DNA of 32,722 nucleotides, taken from contig NW_005434653.1 in assembly GCF_000315625.1 (NCBI RefSeq), forward strand, positions 267,743 through 300,464. Reading direction: 5' to 3'. Made by a program: the position numbers and the translations under genes. A model generated the notes under the pieces. That model had not been told where the DNA came from. It ran no database searches and saw nothing but the letters and a program-made list of their open reading frames with translations. Every line of letters begins with the position of its first letter. Position 1 is the first letter of the stretch. This DNA is from Guillardia theta CCMP2712. Taxonomy: Eukaryota > Protista > Cryptophyta. Below are positions 31,232 to 32,722 of the stretch, one piece after another.

Positions 31232-32722
31232 GTCATCGTAATCATCATTATCGTCATCATCGACTCACATCCTCAATCTTCTCTTGTGTCAGATGCTGCC
31301 CAAAGCAAATGTTGTCCTTGACGCTCGCGGAGAACATCACAGGGTCCTGCAAGAGAAGGACAAAGTGAGACAAGCCGAAGGAAGGGGTGGGAGGTGGTGG
31401 TGGTGGTGGTGGTGGTGGTGGTGGTGGTGGAGGAGGAGGAGGAGGAGGAGGTGGTGGTAATGGTGGAGGAGGAGGGAAGTACCTGAGGGAGGAAGGCAAT
31501 CTGATGGTGAAGCCAAACAGGATCGAACGTGCTGATGTCCGTATCGTCCAGCAGGACGAGACCCTCCTGCGTGACTTGTCAAAGGTAGAGAGAGAGAGAA
31601 AAGAAAACAAGAGCAAGAAACCGAAGATTCGAGAAGACAGAGACGCTAGAAGAAGAATGATGGAGGGGAGAAGGAGGGAATGGGAGCAAGTGGAAAGAGG
31701 AGGGAGGAGGAACACGGAAGTGGAGGGGAGAGATGAGTTGGTACACGTAGACGAGGGTGAGGAGGGAAGGAGAAATTCATCATACCTGGGCGTCGAAGAA
31801 CCGTTCGATCAGAGCGATCAGCGTCGACTTCCCGCTCCTCTTGTTGCCCAAGATGGCGACGTGAGACCTGCAAGGGAAGGTGAGAGAGGAGGAGAAGACA
31901 AAGTAGGAGGGAGGACAGGGAGGGATGAGAGAAGTGAGAGAGAGAGGCGAGGAGCATAGCGAGGGAAAAGTTAGAAGGAGGTATACGGGTAGGTAGAAAC
32001 TGCTGGGAGAGGGCAGGGGCTAGGGAAGGAAGGGAAGGTGGTGGTGGTGGTAGTGGGAGGGTGGGGGGAGAGGGAGAGAGGGAGAGAGAGAGGAGGAAGA
32101 CGAGGAGGAGGAGGAGGTGGAGGAAGAGGAGGAGGAGAAGCAGGAGAGGAAGGAGGAGGAGGGAGCATGGATGGAAACACGGTCAAGGCGGGATGAGATG
32201 TCTTGAGGGATCTCACTTAGCGTCTGCGACGAAGTTGACACGTTCAAGGACAGGAACATCCGGATGAGAAGAGTAAGCGAAGGTGACGTCCTTTAGCTCA
32301 ATCTTGCCCTCGCATTGAGGAAGCGTCAACCCCCCCTGTTCTTCTCGTCAGTACCGTCACATCCTCTTCCCTGTCCTCCGCTCCGCTCCCTCCCCTCTCT
32401 CCTCCCTTCTCCTCTCCTCTTACTTTGCTGTTCACCGCCGGCTCGCGATCAATCAGCTCCAGAACCTGAGGACTTTGGTGAGAAAGAAAGAAGTCAATCG
32501 TCTGTCAACTCACAGTCTGTGCCGAGTTGATGGCGTTGGAGATGTCGGCGATGACTGGAGGGAGGACGGAAAGTGCCATGACGACCTGAGGGGGGCTTGA
32601 GCGAGTAGAAAATGACAGGGGATGGTGAAGGGAGGGAAAGAGAGGGAAGGAAGAGGAGGAGGAGGAGGAGGAGGAGGAGGAGGAGGAGGAGGAGGAGGAG
32701 GAGGAGGGAGGAAGTAGGTTAC
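29331..32722 (-). CDS. ABC transporter, ABCB/MDR-TAP type, 3' part (end of TMD + NBD) with degenerate catalytic motifs
   Basis: Spliced: VVMALSVLPPVIADISNAINSAQT|VLELIDREPA|GGLTLPQCEGKIELKDVTFAYSSHPDVPVLERVNFVADAK|SHVAILGNKRSGKSTLIALIERFFDAQ|EGLVLLDDTDISTFDPVWLHHQIAFLPQ|DPVMFSASVKDNICFG...|AAKVAKLHQPILRLPDAYDTL...QLSQMMQHKIAIAR|AVAKDCSIWLIDDFGSSLP...|...EWGEPNELRMRQGLYSSLMR|...PPEGPALDSLRRVIEEFRATT*. The window ends at a GT donor, so the gene continues upstream. Confidence 0.9.
29806..29905. other. Assembly gap (100 N)
   Basis: Run of N within the ABC gene 3' region. Confidence 1.
31154..31262. repeat. (CAT)n microsatellite in an ABC gene intron
   Basis: Directly visible. Confidence 0.95.
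31386..31475. repeat. (GGT)n/(GGA)n microsatellite in an ABC gene intron
   Basis: Directly visible. Confidence 0.95.

Overview
Eukaryotic nuclear DNA with ~44-62 nt spliceosomal introns (CTGAC-like branch point, YAG acceptor) alongside longer microsatellite-filled introns. This architecture suggests a cryptophyte such as Guillardia theta (inference). Six intron-containing genes were reconstructed by hand: (1) a 5'-truncated + strand orphan with an internal exon duplication (1-2601); (2) a - strand gene with a C-terminal Lin0512-family-like domain (2839-~6094); (3) a - strand scaffold with MIB/HERC2-like, PDZ, polyQ/P and SH3-like parts (6293-~11871); (4) a - strand single-TM Cys-rich orphan (12887-13989); (5) a full-length but very divergent axonemal-type dynein heavy chain (15125-29143); (6) the 3' part of an ABCB-type ABC transporter (29331-window end). 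The strongest signals are the loss of AAA1 catalytic residues in the dynein despite an intact stalk and MTBD, a degenerate NBD in the convergent ABC gene, and three short introns best explained by GA-AG splice sites. Also noted are an intron flanked by a 17-nt direct repeat and a G-rich MITE-like element. Two 100-N assembly gaps are present. Exon models are manual and unverified by transcripts.
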